33,339 nt of DNA, filler included, from an uncultured virus (IMG/VR IMGVR_UViG_2049941000_000888) (13 parts of one record of this genome joined end to end with filler, not necessarily neighbours in it); one strand, 5' to 3'; positions 10,285 through 19,554 are shown, numbered from the whole stretch's first letter. Translations and numbers: made by a program. Notes: generated by a model from the letters alone, not told the origin.

Positions 10285-10645
10285 CTCTTTTGCCGTGAAC
10301 TTCCGCTGCTATCCCTTCTGGTACAAAGATAATGTATCGGATGTGACAATCACCACATCCGGCAGCACAATCACCAATCCAGGCAGCGTTTATTCCGAGC
10401 CGCTCATCACCCTGACAGGCTCCGGGGATATCACCCTGATGGTCGGAACTACGATCGTAGAACTGACGGATATCACCACGGGTATTGTGCTGGACTGTGC
10501 CTTGAAAGAAGCGTACCTGGGAACGACTCTTATGAATGACCATATGTCCGGGGATTTCCCAGTACTGAAACCCGGCCTGAACGCCATCAGCTGGTCTGGG
10601 AATGTGACGAGCGTTGTGATTTCTCCGAGATGGCGGTTCCTTTGA
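10285..10645 (+). CDS. Dit C-terminal half
   Basis: FAVNFRCYPFWY..NPGSVYSEP..MSGDFPVLKPGLNAISWSGNVTSVVISPRWRFL*. Confidence 0.85.
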
Positions 10646-10676
10646 TGGTGGTTTCATGGTATTCTGNNNNNNNNNN

Positions 10677-10762
10677 CGGTACTGAAACCCGGCATGAACG
10701 CGAACAGCTGGACCGGGAATGTGACGAGCGTTATGATTTCTCCGAGATGGCGGTTCCTTTGA
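10677..10762 (+). CDS. Dit C-terminus, variant contiguous with the ECF cargo
   Basis: VLKPGMNANSWTGNVTSVMISPRWRFL*; same downstream sequence as 10646-10666. Confidence 0.8.
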
Positions 10763-10878
10763 TGGTGGTTTCATGGTATTCTGTTTTCGGCAGGAAAGAC
10801 CTGCCACAAATTATTTTCTCAAAATACGACATTTTTTCTTCCTCATCAGTCTGTAGGGATGTAGGGGGTGATCAACAC

Positions 10879-11406
10879 GTGAGCAATGTTATGGGCCCTA
10901 ACACTGCTCCGAATCATGATCAGATATTTGAACGGCTTGTGGATCAGTACCAGGAATCAGTTCTTCGCACTTGTTTCCTCTATCTTTGTGATAAAACATT
11001 GGCTGAGGATGCAACGCAGGAAACTTTCCTGAAGGTGTACCGTGCAATGGATTCATTCCGTGGAGAGAGCAGTGAAAAGACATGGGTACTAAAGATCGCC
11101 ATGCACACTTGCTATGACATAAATCATTCAGGTTGGTTCCGCCTAATGAATCGTTGTGTGACACCAGAAATGCTCCCTGATCAATCTTCCACAGCGGTCA
11201 TCGATCATGATGAAGAGTTAGCAACGGCGGTAATGAAACTGCCCAGAAAACTGCGTGAAGTGATTCTTCTACATTATTATCAGGAATTGAATGTTAACGA
11301 AATAGCAGTTGCCCTGGGCATCTCGCATTCCTCTGTATCAGGCAGATTGAAAAGAGGACGCGAAAAGCTGAGAAAACTGCTGGAAGGGAGAGAAATCGAT
11401 GAATGA
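10879..11406 (+). CDS. ECF sigma-70 factor (cargo between dit and tal)
   Basis: GTG after GGGGGTGA; region 2 LAEDATQETFLKVY..KTWVLKIA; region 4 LPRKLREVILLHYY..EIA..SVSGRLKRGR. Confidence 0.92.
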   Translation: MSNVMGPNTAPNHDQIFERLVDQYQESVLRTCFLYLCDKTLAEDATQETFLKVYRAMDSFRGESSEKTWVLKIAMHTCYDINHSGWFRLMNRCVTPEMLPDQSSTAVIDHDEELATAVMKLPRKLREVILLHYYQELNVNEIAVALGISHSSVSGRLKRGREKLRKLLEGREIDE

Positions 11407-12391
11407 AAAGATAAGTGCTAACGAGTTCCGTCAGTCGCTTGACCGTCATCTCTCTCACATGAAAGCTGATCCATGGCTTGCTCAGCGCATCATAGCTTCA
11501 GAGAGAGGAGAAACAAAAGTGAAAAAGAAACTTTCTGTCAGCATGATAGTCGCTTCACTCTTGCTGGTACTAACAACTGTAGCGTTGGCAGTCACCGGTC
11601 TTTACCGGGTAATCAATTGGCAGGGTGATGTCACCAGAACGACGGATCCCTCACAAACACCCGGCACAGATACTGTGCAAGCTGTATCTGAGGAGTGGCA
11701 TGTAGATTCTCTTAATTCTTTTATAAGTGAAATACCGAATGAAGAAACCGCCTTCGCATGGTACAATAACGATGATGGCAGCATAAAATGCAGCGAACTT
11801 CATCAGAAACAAATACCAATCTCGTCCATCGAATGGTTTGCTGAATACATGCATGATATCCGACATCTGTCTGTACCTGTTTCGTTTCCAGAAGGAAATG
11901 TTACCTATTGTTATGGGAAAGTATTCATGGAATGCAAAGCCTTCGGAAAATATTCACTGATCAAAAACGGTCAGTCAGGATCAATGTGCTACAACCGGTT
12001 TCTGATTGACGAATCGAGCTCCATTGTTACAGGCTATGACCTATTCTTTGCTTTGGGTGACCCGGAGAATGGAACCCGATTTATTATCAGATCCGAGTTG
12101 CATGACAGAACTTATGAAGAACCGCTCATGCTCCGTGAGGGTGAAACAGCAAAGAAGGTAAGCATCGAAGGCATGTCGGACGCTTTACTGATCATGGCAG
12201 AGGATCCTGCCTATCCGGATGGACTAATCATGCAACGAAAACTCGACGAACCTGTCCAGTTAAAACAGCTTCCTTTAAATAACAGATTAGAAGAATCTGA
12301 CGACAGGAATTGTCAATATGAATATATAACCGTTTGGGTATATAATTGTGACGATCCTGAATGCTTGCTGGAACTGTTTTCTGCAGAATAG
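11399..12391 (+). CDS. Anti-sigma factor-like single-pass membrane protein
   Basis: Overlaps the sigma stop; short cytoplasmic N-terminus, KKK + TM (LSVSMIVASLLLVLTTVALAV), large extracellular domain. Confidence 0.8.
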   Translation: MNEKISANEFRQSLDRHLSHMKADPWLAQRIIASERGETKVKKKLSVSMIVASLLLVLTTVALAVTGLYRVINWQGDVTRTTDPSQTPGTDTVQAVSEEWHVDSLNSFISEIPNEETAFAWYNNDDGSIKCSELHQKQIPISSIEWFAEYMHDIRHLSVPVSFPEGNVTYCYGKVFMECKAFGKYSLIKNGQSGSMCYNRFLIDESSSIVTGYDLFFALGDPENGTRFIIRSELHDRTYEEPLMLREGETAKKVSIEGMSDALLIMAEDPAYPDGLIMQRKLDEPVQLKQLPLNNRLEESDDRNCQYEYITVWVYNCDDPECLLELFSAE

Positions 12392-12412
12392 ATGTAAACT
12401 GAATTTCTCTAT

Positions 12413-12443
12413 AACGCCATTCCTTGTGGGTGGCGTTTTCATT
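12413..12443 (+). terminator. Hairpin terminator before tal copy B
   Basis: AACGCCATTC-CTTGT-GGGTGGCGTT then TTCATT. Confidence 0.7.
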
Positions 12444-12467
12444 ATGCCAATAAGGAGGTGACTTCCC

Positions 12468-12907
12468 ATGATCTGCGTTTATCCTGCTGACTGCACAGAC
12501 TTTTCCACGAATGGAAATGGAACCATTGAGCCGACTTCCGCACAGGTGACGGAAACCCTGAACGGAGAATACGAACTGCAGCTGGTACATCCGATTGATG
12601 AAGCGGGAAAATGGCAGCGACTGGTGGAAGGCTGTATCCTCCGTGCTCCGGTTCCGGCGGCAACTACACCCCGGGTACACTTTTCTGCACCGGGTGATGA
12701 CAGCGGCACAGAGATCTACCGGATCAATACAGACTTTGCCGGAGCGGAAACCCGGAAAGGTACCCTGAATCTGCGCTCCGGCCCCGGCAGGAAATATAAG
12801 ATCCTTGCGGCCTATAAGAACACTCTAACCGTTCAGGTGATCGCCAAGACCAGCAGTGCCTGGTATGAGGTCACTGCTCCTGACGGGAAACATGGGTACA
12901 TGGATAC
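12468..12907 (+). CDS. Tal/tail spike N-terminus, copy B
   Basis: MICVYPADCTDFSTNGNG..; AGGAGGTG RBS. Confidence 0.85.
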
Positions 12908-12918
12908 NNNNNNNNNNC

Positions 12919-13875
12919 TGGATTGACCTCCGAAAGCAGTATGAGGACCCCAGCAATCTCTTCAAAAACAAGCTCAAACTGGAGAGCTTCCTGAAGGAGG
13001 TGCCGGACTGGTGTATCATGCCGACTCTTTTCCCTTTTATGGTGTTGACCGACCGATTTGGAGAAGTCTTCTACATGAGCCACATGGACGAGATCATGAC
13101 TCTGGGCAGTACGTATATCTGGCGCTGTAGCAAAGGCATATACCGTTTCGCGCCAGAAATCTACCAGGCGTTGATCAGCCAGCCAATTACTGGCGATCTC
13201 CCAATGGAGTGCCTGTACCATCTGCCGGAATGGGCAGTGTACATTGAGACTCCCGGGCTCACGTATGAAAGGCATCCAATGTACGGATTTATTGCGCATC
13301 TGGACTACAACTTATTCAGCAAAAACGTCGACCTCCAGTTTGCCATGTTTTTGGAAGGAAGAGAGATGCCGAAAACAGTTGCCCTGCCATTCGGTGAAGG
13401 CGGCGTTCAGGAAGCTATGGAGCGCGTGGATCAGGTGGATAGCCTGTTCGGGAACCCACATGTGCAGGTACGCTATGTCGGAAGCCGCGACGAGTACAAA
13501 GCAACCTTCACAGCCATGCTACAGCTGCTACTTTATCTATGCAGCGATGAGCCCGATATGCCCGAGATAGAGCATCCGCAGAAACGAAAAACGCTCTCCG
13601 GGCGCGTCAGGCCACCAGAAGAGCCGAGGGTTTGGGACGTTGGTGTGCGGATTTCCAATGTGATCCGGAGATGCCGTGAAAGCGGAGTATCATACCGGTA
13701 TGATGAAAACGCGGAGCCTGGTTCCCACGCCAGCCCACGTCCACACGTCAGGTCAGCCCACTGGCACACGTATTGGACTGGCCCCCGTCAGGCTCATTTC
13801 CCGGAAAGAAAACCAATTGTGAAGTGGATACCGCCAATTCCGATAGGTATGGACTGGAAAAGAGAACTACCAACC
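12919..13875 (+). CDS. AcrVA2/FinQ-family-like protein (both ends truncated)
   Basis: WRCSKGIYRFAP..GDLP..LYHLPEWAVYIETP; LLLYLCSDEPD; WDVGVRI; SPRPHVRSAHWHTYWTGP; VKWIPPI. Confidence 0.75.
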
Positions 13876-13885
13876 NNNNNNNNNN

Positions 13886-14246
13886 CTCTTTTGCGGTGAA
13901 CTTCCGCTGCTATCCATTCTGGTACCAGGACAATGTAGCCGATGTGACAATTACGACGTCAGGCAGCACAATCACCAATCCCGGCAGCGTTTATTCTGAG
14001 CCGATCATCACTGTGACGGGCTCCGGGGATATCACGCTTATGGTCGGAACTACGATCGTAGAACTAACAGACGTTTCCCAGAGCATTGTGATCAACTCTA
14101 CCCTGAAGGAAGCCTACAAAGGTAATACCCTGATGAACGACCACATGAGCGGAGATTTCCCTGTGCTGAAACCGGGCCTGAACGCGATCAGCTGGACTGG
14201 CACTGTGACACAGGTGACCGTGAAGCCGAACTGGCGATATCTGTAA
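13886..14246 (+). CDS. Dit C-terminal half, variant upstream of the DUF6442 cargo
   Basis: ..MSGDFPVLKPGLNAISWTGTVTQVTVKPNWRYL*. Confidence 0.85.
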
Positions 14247-14262
14247 TATGCCCATCAACTTT

Positions 14263-14343
14263 TTGACAAGAAAACTTGGCAAAAAGTGTTGACAAGTATA
14301 CTTGGCAATGATATATTATGTTCATGCCAAGTGAACTTGGCAA
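14263..14343 (+). promoter_or_regulatory. Sigma-A promoter overlapped by three palindromic operators
   Basis: TTGACA (14289)-N17-TATATT (14312) with TG extension; operators TTGACAAGAAAACTTGGCAA, TTGACAAGTATACTTGGCAA, ATGCCAAGTGAACTTGGCAA. Confidence 0.85.
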
Positions 14344-14356
14344 AGGAGGGTAGATA

Positions 14357-14677
14357 ATGAACAAAGAAGAAATCCTGGAAAAAAGCAGGCAGGAAAATCA
14401 TGGACAGGATATTGCAAACCTTGAGGTGTCCAGATCGAGCATTGTGTGTGGCTGGATCGTCGCTGTATGCATACTTGCAGTCGTTGCTGTTACTGAAGCA
14501 TTGAAATATGACCGAATGAACAATGGGATATTCTTTGCCATCATGGCAGGATGTTCAGCCATCTTCATTCGCAAATACCTGAAGCTTCACAAACAACACG
14601 AGCTGATCATTTCCATCGTATATATTGTTGCCGCTATTGCGTTTCTCGTTGGCTGGATTTTGCAGTTGGTGAATTGA
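14357..14677 (+). CDS. DUF6442-like small three-TM membrane protein
   Basis: MNKEEILEKSRQEN start, three hydrophobic segments; AGGAGG RBS. Confidence 0.75.
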   Translation: MNKEEILEKSRQENHGQDIANLEVSRSSIVCGWIVAVCILAVVAVTEALKYDRMNNGIFFAIMAGCSAIFIRKYLKLHKQHELIISIVYIVAAIAFLVGWILQLVN

Positions 14678-14689
14678 TGAGGTGGCAGT

Positions 14690-14896
14690 ATGGATGATCA
14701 GCTTATTCTGAAAAACAGACTCAAGGAAATCCGAGCAGAGAAGAAACTATCACAGACTGATTTAGCAGAGATGGTTGGTGTTTCACGCAACACAATCAGT
14801 TCAATTGAAACAGGTCAGTTCTGTCCCACTGCCAAATTGGCTTTAATACTTTGCATCGCTTTAGATAAAAAGTTCGAGGATGTATTTTTCTTCTGA
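14690..14896 (+). CDS. XRE-family HTH regulator
   Basis: LKNRLKEIRAEKKLSQTDLAEMVGVSRNTISSIETGQFCPTAKLA. Confidence 0.92.
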   Translation: MDDQLILKNRLKEIRAEKKLSQTDLAEMVGVSRNTISSIETGQFCPTAKLALILCIALDKKFEDVFFF

Positions 14897-14915
14897 TCCT
14901 GGCCAGCACACTTTC

Positions 14916-14951
14916 GGCGTCGCTCAAGCAAACGAGCGGCGCTTTCATTTT
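14916..14951 (+). terminator. Hairpin terminator before tal copy C
   Basis: GGCGTCGCTC-AAGCAAAC-GAGCGGCGCT then TTCATTTT. Confidence 0.7.
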
Positions 14952-14973
14952 GCCATCGAGGAGGTGAATTCCC

Positions 14974-15620
14974 ATGATCTGTGTTTATCCCGCTGACTGT
15001 ACCGATTTCTCTACCAATGGCAACGGTACGATTTCTCCTTTGACTGCGGAAGTCACCGAGACCCTGAATGGTGAGTATGAACTGACAGTTGTTCATCCGA
15101 TCGACGATGAAGGGAAATGGCAGCGGCTGGTCGAGGGGTGTATCCTCCGTGCTCCGGTGCCTGCGGCAACCACTCCCCGGGTGCACTTTTCCGCGCCGGG
15201 CGATGACAGCGGCACAGAGATTTATCGAATCAATACCGACTTTGCCGGAGCGGAAACCCGGAAAGGTACCCTGAACCTCCGCTCTGGTCCCGGCAGGAAC
15301 TACAAGATCCTTGCGGCCTACAAGAACACCCTGACCGTTCAAGTGATTGCCAAGACCAATGCCTCCTGGTATGAGGTCACAGCCCCGGATGGAAAGCACG
15401 GGTACATGGATACGACCTATCTGGTATTCGATCACCGGGAAGGTTCCGCTTCTGAGGCTGTTTCCTCTGTGGTGGAAGAACGCCAGCTCCGGGACCAGCC
15501 GTTCCGGATCTACCGGATCGTTCCTGACCTCGATAAGATCACAGTATATGCCCGGCATGTCTTCTACGACCTGCTGGACAATATGATCCAGTCCTACAAG
15601 CCCTCATCCTCTGCGGTGGG
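14974..15620 (+). CDS. Tal/tail spike N-terminus, copy C
   Basis: MICVYPADCTDFSTNGNGTISPLTAEV..; truncated by gap. Confidence 0.85.
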
Positions 15621-15720
15621 NNNNNNNNNNNNNNNNNNNNNNNNNNNNNNNNNNNNNNNNNNNNTTAATTAATTAANNNNNNNNNNNNNNNNNNNNNNNN
15701 NNNNNNNNNNNNNNNNNNNN

Positions 15721-16470
15721 TGAACCGATGGTGGAAGCTGAAGTGTACACGCTGACTCTGTGTGTTTCTTCGTTGGATCTGTCCGAGATTGACGTCTATA
15801 CGGCTGACGGGCACGTCCTGCTTGAGAGCATCAGTCTTGATACTTCAGCGACTTCGGAAATCGTCCACGCCACCTTTATGGCGGAGTACACCACCGGGTA
15901 TACTCCTGAGGATGATCCGAACAACGCTGATATCCTGATCAAGCGTTCTCCGACGGGAATGTCGTCGCCTGAAGACTTCACGATCCATTGGGCCAAGCTG
16001 GAGAAAGGCAACCGGGCAACNNNNNNNNNNGGTAACGAGGATCAACCAGCTGGAGGAAGACCTGCAAAATGCCCATGAGGCAACGGAAGAGGAACTGGCC
16101 ATCATCCGTACCTACATGACCTTCGGGGATAATGGCCTGATCATCGGCAAGACCGGGAACCCGTTCACTTTCCGGGTCGTGAATGACAGGCTGGCATTCT
16201 ACATGAACGACACCGAGGTTGCCTATCTNNNNNNNNNNCTACATGACCTTTGGGGATAACGGCCTGATTATCGGGAAAACCGGAAACCCGTTCACCTTCC
16301 GGGTCGTGAACGATAGGCTGGCATTCTACATGAATGACACCGAGGTTGCCTATCTGAGCAACAACAAACTGTACGTCACACAGGCCGAGATCCTGACAAA
16401 GTTGATCATCGGTAAGTTTGCCTTTGTCCCGCAGACGAACGGCAACATGTCCATTGTTTACAACGGGTAA
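15721..16470 (+). CDS. Tail spike C-terminal fragments (15721-16020, 16031-16228, 16239-16470)
   Basis: WAKLEKGNRA; YMTFGDNGLIIGK..NDRLAFY..VAYLSNNKLYVT..QTNGNMSIVYNG*. Confidence 0.75.
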
Positions 16471-16490
16471 TACCGGGAAAGGAGAATACC

Positions 16491-16659
16491 ATGGCAACAA
16501 CCGTAAATTACGCCGCANNNNNNNNNNCAATAGCGCGGCGCAGGAATTCTATGAAGCCGGTTCAAACAACGTTGGTATCATCTGCTTTTCCGGTATGAAC
16601 CTTGCGAACAAGGTCATACAGGAAATCATCTTCACCATTACGGCAAAGAAAGCCGGTTA
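16491..16659 (+). CDS. Start and fragment of the following minor tail protein(s) (16491-16517, 16528-16659)
   Basis: AAGGAG then MATTVNYAA; NSAAQEFYEAGSNNVGIICFSGMNLANKVI. Confidence 0.55.
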
Positions 16660-16669
16660 NNNNNNNNNN

Positions 16670-16758
16670 ATGAGGAATACCTACGCAGGGAAGAAGAAAT
16701 GGCGGATTTATCAGACGATTATTTGAACATATTGAAAGAACAGTATCTATCGTACTAA
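16670..16758 (+). CDS. C-terminus of unknown cargo upstream of tal copy D
   Basis: EEYLRREEEMADLSDDYLNILKEQYLSY*; AT-rich. Confidence 0.45.
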
Positions 16759-16781
16759 TGCTTTATCATGAATAGTGTTAT

Positions 16782-16812
16782 GCGTCGTTTGATCGAACGG
16801 CGCTTTAATTTT
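16782..16812 (+). terminator. Hairpin terminator before tal copy D
   Basis: GCGTCGTTT-GATC-GAACGGCGC then TTTAATTTT. Confidence 0.7.
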
Positions 16813-16834
16813 GCCCTCAAGGAGGTGACTTCCC

Positions 16835-17025
16835 ATGATCTGCGTTTATCCTGCTGACTGCACGGACTTCTCCACCAACGGAAACGGAACGATCGAGCCG
16901 ACTTCCGCGCTGGTGACGGAAACTCTGAATGGTGAATATGAGCTGCAGCTGGTGCATCCCATTGATGAAGCGGGTAAATGGCAGCGACTGGTGGAAGGCT
17001 GTATCCTCCGTGCTCCGGTTCCGGC
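16835..17025 (+). CDS. Tal/tail spike N-terminus, copy D
   Basis: MICVYPADCTDFSTNGNG..LRAPVP. Confidence 0.85.
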
Positions 17026-17035
17026 NNNNNNNNNN

Positions 17036-17547
17036 TGACGCCAGTTTCTCAACGCTGACAGACGGCCAGCAGATCGTATACTGGCTTCCGATCGCCGCGA
17101 CATCCACTGCGGTCACGTTGGAGCTGACGCTCTCCGGCGGAGGGACTACCGGGGCGATCCCTGTTTATTACAGTGGAACCACCCGGCTAACCACCCATTA
17201 TCCCGCAGGTAACGCCATCCGGCTGATCTACAAAGTGGATGCCCCCATCGGTGAGGCCTANNNNNNNNNNNNNNNNNNNNNNNNNNNNNNNNNNNNNNNN
17301 NNNNTTAATTAATTAANNNNNNNNNNNNNNNNNNNNNNNNNNNNNNNNNNNNNNNNNNNNGATTACCGGCGACAAGATTGCCGCTGCCACCATTGAGGGC
17401 AGCAACATCAAGGCTGGGGCAATCACTACGACACATATCTCCTCTGACTTCGGCCAGACCCTTGACCTATCCAGCAATACGGGTATCAACCAGCGGGTAC
17501 AGCAAATCTACACCGACATGAACGCCGCCATTGCAGCGGCGGGCGGC
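17036..17547 (+). CDS. Tail spike/fiber internal fragments (17036-17260, 17361-17547)
   Basis: LTDGQQIVYWLP..TGAIPVYYSGTTRLTTHYPAG; ITGDKIAAATIEGSNIKAGAITTTHISSDFG..LDLSSN. Confidence 0.6.
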
Positions 17548-17557
17548 NNNNNNNNNN

Positions 17558-17702
17558 CGTACCGGGCTGCCTCCAGCTTTTCGAAGCTGATGATGAAGTC
17601 GCATTCCCCTTCGGTCACAATGGGGCTGTATACTTTCTCGCCGAACCGCACGTAGGTCACGACGCTGCCGCCGCGCTGGCTCATGCCGTGCACTTCGCTG
17701 AC
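17558..17702 (-). CDS. iorB: Indolepyruvate:ferredoxin oxidoreductase beta subunit fragment
   Basis: [42 protein letters not shown]. Confidence 0.85.
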
Positions 17703-17802
17703 NNNNNNNNNNNNNNNNNNNNNNNNNNNNNNNNNNNNNNNNNNNNTTAATTAATTAANNNNNNNNNNNNNNNNNNNNNNNNNNNNNNNNNNNNNNNNNN
17801 NN

Positions 17803-18042
17803 TCACCCGCCCATTCCGGCAGGCTGGTCAGCCGGATCTTTTCTCCCGTCAGCGGATGCACGGTCTCCAGCATAGCGCTGTGCAGCGCGAAGCAGCCGGG
17901 AAACTCTTCCGGCAGTTCCTTTCCGTATAAAAAATCCCCCCGCACCGGGCAGCCGGCATGGCTCAGATGCACCCGGATCTGGTGGGTCCGTCCTGTTTCC
18001 AGCTCCAGCAGGACAAGTGCGCCGTTCCCCTGTTCCCGCAGC
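17803..18042 (-). CDS. RluA-family pseudouridine synthase C-terminal fragment
   Basis: LETGRTHQIRVHLSHAGCPVRGDFLYG..LHSAML..HP. Confidence 0.88.
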   Translation of the reverse strand, partial: AAGTGERRTCPAGAGNRTDPPDPGASEPCRLPGAGGFFIRKGTAGRVSRLLRAAQRYAGDRASADGRKDPADQPAGMGG

Positions 18043-18052
18043 NNNNNNNNNN

Positions 18053-18477
18053 ATAGAAATTTGTAACGTGGCTCTCTCCAGGTTGAAGAACAACCCCGTC
18101 TGTCTGCCGATGGGAAGGATAATCGCCTCAAGCGTATAGCGATATCCCTTCTTCCATCCAGCTCTTCCTATGAGCCGGGCAAGATCCCGCTGCCTGTACC
18201 GGTTGAGCGGATCAATCCCGGTGTCGCTGACACGCAGGCTGTCGGGACTCCGGTACTCCGTCCCGATCAGGAGAAGCGTCAGGTCGTCCATGCTCATCAG
18301 AAGCTGAACATAGGTGGGATTGTCCAATGCCCGGATCGCCGCTCTGGAAATAATCATGCGGCTCTGTTTTCCGGTTTCAAAGGACAAGGTGATGTTACCC
18401 CTGAAGCAGTTCCTCAGCGCGGACTCCCAATCCAAATTGTTCCGAGTGATCTGCGGGGTGAGGCTGCTTCCATTCAT
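18053..18477 (-). CDS. Uncharacterised paralog-family protein (3'-truncated)
   Basis: AAGGAG then MNGSSLTPQ..IISRAAIRALDNPTYVQLL..GWKKGYRY..LFFNL. Confidence 0.75.
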
Positions 18478-18943
18478 GCTGCTTCGCTCCTTTCCGCTTG
18501 TAGCTGTCGGACATGTAGGAATCCTCGAGATCAAAGACCAGCGTCGGTTCATCGTTCACAAGGCGGACGGGTGCCAGGTCCCCGAATACCGTGTACCGAC
18601 ACCCTGATTTCCATTCCATCAGGTTCCAGAGGCGGTTTACAAACGAGCCGCCGGAAATCGTGCCGTTTACGCCGTTATCGTCACGTGAACGAAGCTCTAT
18701 GCAGTTCGGCACTTTTGCGTTTGAGCCCATCAGCATGAGCTGATGCCTTTTCGGATTGATCAAAACAAGGCCATACATAGGATTGCGCAGGGCGTTCAGC
18801 GCCGCTTCTGATACCTGAATCCTTCCTCCCTTCCGGTCGTCGAATGCGATCGCAATACGATTTCCCGTGTTGAAGAATTGCCTTTTCACGGTCTCCCAGG
18901 AGGGATCAGAACCAAAGTCGAGCCGTTCAATTTCACTGTTCAT
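18395..18943 (-). CDS. Uncharacterised paralog-family protein
   Basis: IQVSEAALNALRNPMYGLVLIN..FVNRLWNLMEWKSGCRY..LVFDL; AAGGA RBS. Confidence 0.75.
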   Translation of the reverse strand: MNSEIERLDFGSDPSWETVKRQFFNTGNRIAIAFDDRKGGRIQVSEAALNALRNPMYGLVLINPKRHQLMLMGSNAKVPNCIELRSRDDNGVNGTISGGSFVNRLWNLMEWKSGCRYTVFGDLAPVRLVNDEPTLVFDLEDSYMSDSYKRKGAKQHEWKQPHPADHSEQFGLGVRAEELLQG

Positions 18944-18961
18944 ATGTTTTCAGTCCTTTCT

Positions 18962-19264
18962 TTATGCGACATCCGAGAAGCATTCCGGGTTTTCTTTGGG
19001 ATTCACAATGAATTGGTACGTGTTATTGTTTTCCTTGCTGCAATGCAGGATTTTCAGCAGCGTGAACTGATGCAGCGCTGCACACACATGTGCGGAGGAG
19101 TATTCGAGCGTTGCGATTACCATCTCAGAAGAGAAAAATTCGTCCCCGAATGAGTGGTACAGCGTCGTTGCCATTTCTTTTTGAGAAGGAAGCAGTTCAC
19201 CGGGGCCAGGCTTGACATCCGGAAGGATACGGTAGGTCTGGGCATTTTCTTTTTCGACAAGCCC
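18962..19264 (-). CDS. Hypothetical protein C-terminus, possible winged helix
   Basis: Open frame from gap: LYHSFGDEFFSSEMVIATLEYSSAHVCAALHQFTLLKIL..YQF. Confidence 0.55.
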   Translation of the reverse strand, partial: GLVEKENAQTYRILPDVKPGPGELLPSQKEMATTLYHSFGDEFFSSEMVIATLEYSSAHVCAALHQFTLLKILHCSKENNNTYQFIVNPKENPECFSDVA

Positions 19265-19364
19265 NNNNNNNNNNNNNNNNNNNNNNNNNNNNNNNNNNNN
19301 NNNNNNNNTTAATTAATTAANNNNNNNNNNNNNNNNNNNNNNNNNNNNNNNNNNNNNNNNNNNN

Positions 19365-19511
19365 CGCGCAGCAGGCAAGATCCTTGGTAGTGAAATGTCT
19401 TGTTTCCCGGGTCACTTCTGAGTTTCTCGGTGCAGCGCGGGAAAGACGCATCAGTCGTTTTACATTGGCGGAGAGCGGTCTCGTCTTCGCTGGATTCTTT
19501 GATATGTACAT
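19365..19511 (-). CDS. N-terminus of the protein continued at 23574-24312
   Basis: AGGAGG then MYISKNPAKTRPLSANVKRLMRLSRAAPRNSEV; same peptide as at 23574. Confidence 0.75.
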
Positions 19512-19554
19512 CTTCACACCTCCTGAAAAAAACAGTGTCCGATGACCACAGAGA

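Larger units (their letters stand above)
951..19320. other. Twelve artificial scaffold spacers N-TTAATTAATTAA-N (951, 1754, 2539, 4059, 4871, 6729, 7203, 10229, 15665, 17305, 17747, 19309)
   Basis: Identical 12-mer with stops in all six frames, always embedded in N runs. Confidence 0.97.

Noticed and set aside
10560..10762. Duplicated dit end as a DGR template (4 of 7 differences are A in the second copy)
   Set aside because: Three differences are non-A, the copies are separated by a 10-N join and share downstream sequence, so an allelic bubble is simpler.
12856..13899. Fusion or adjacency of tal, the AcrVA2-like gene and dit
   Set aside because: The ORF track reads through N gaps; these are separate islands.
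951..19320. Recurring TTAATTAATTAA as a biological repeat or CRISPR
   Set aside because: Always inside N runs; artificial six-frame stop linker.
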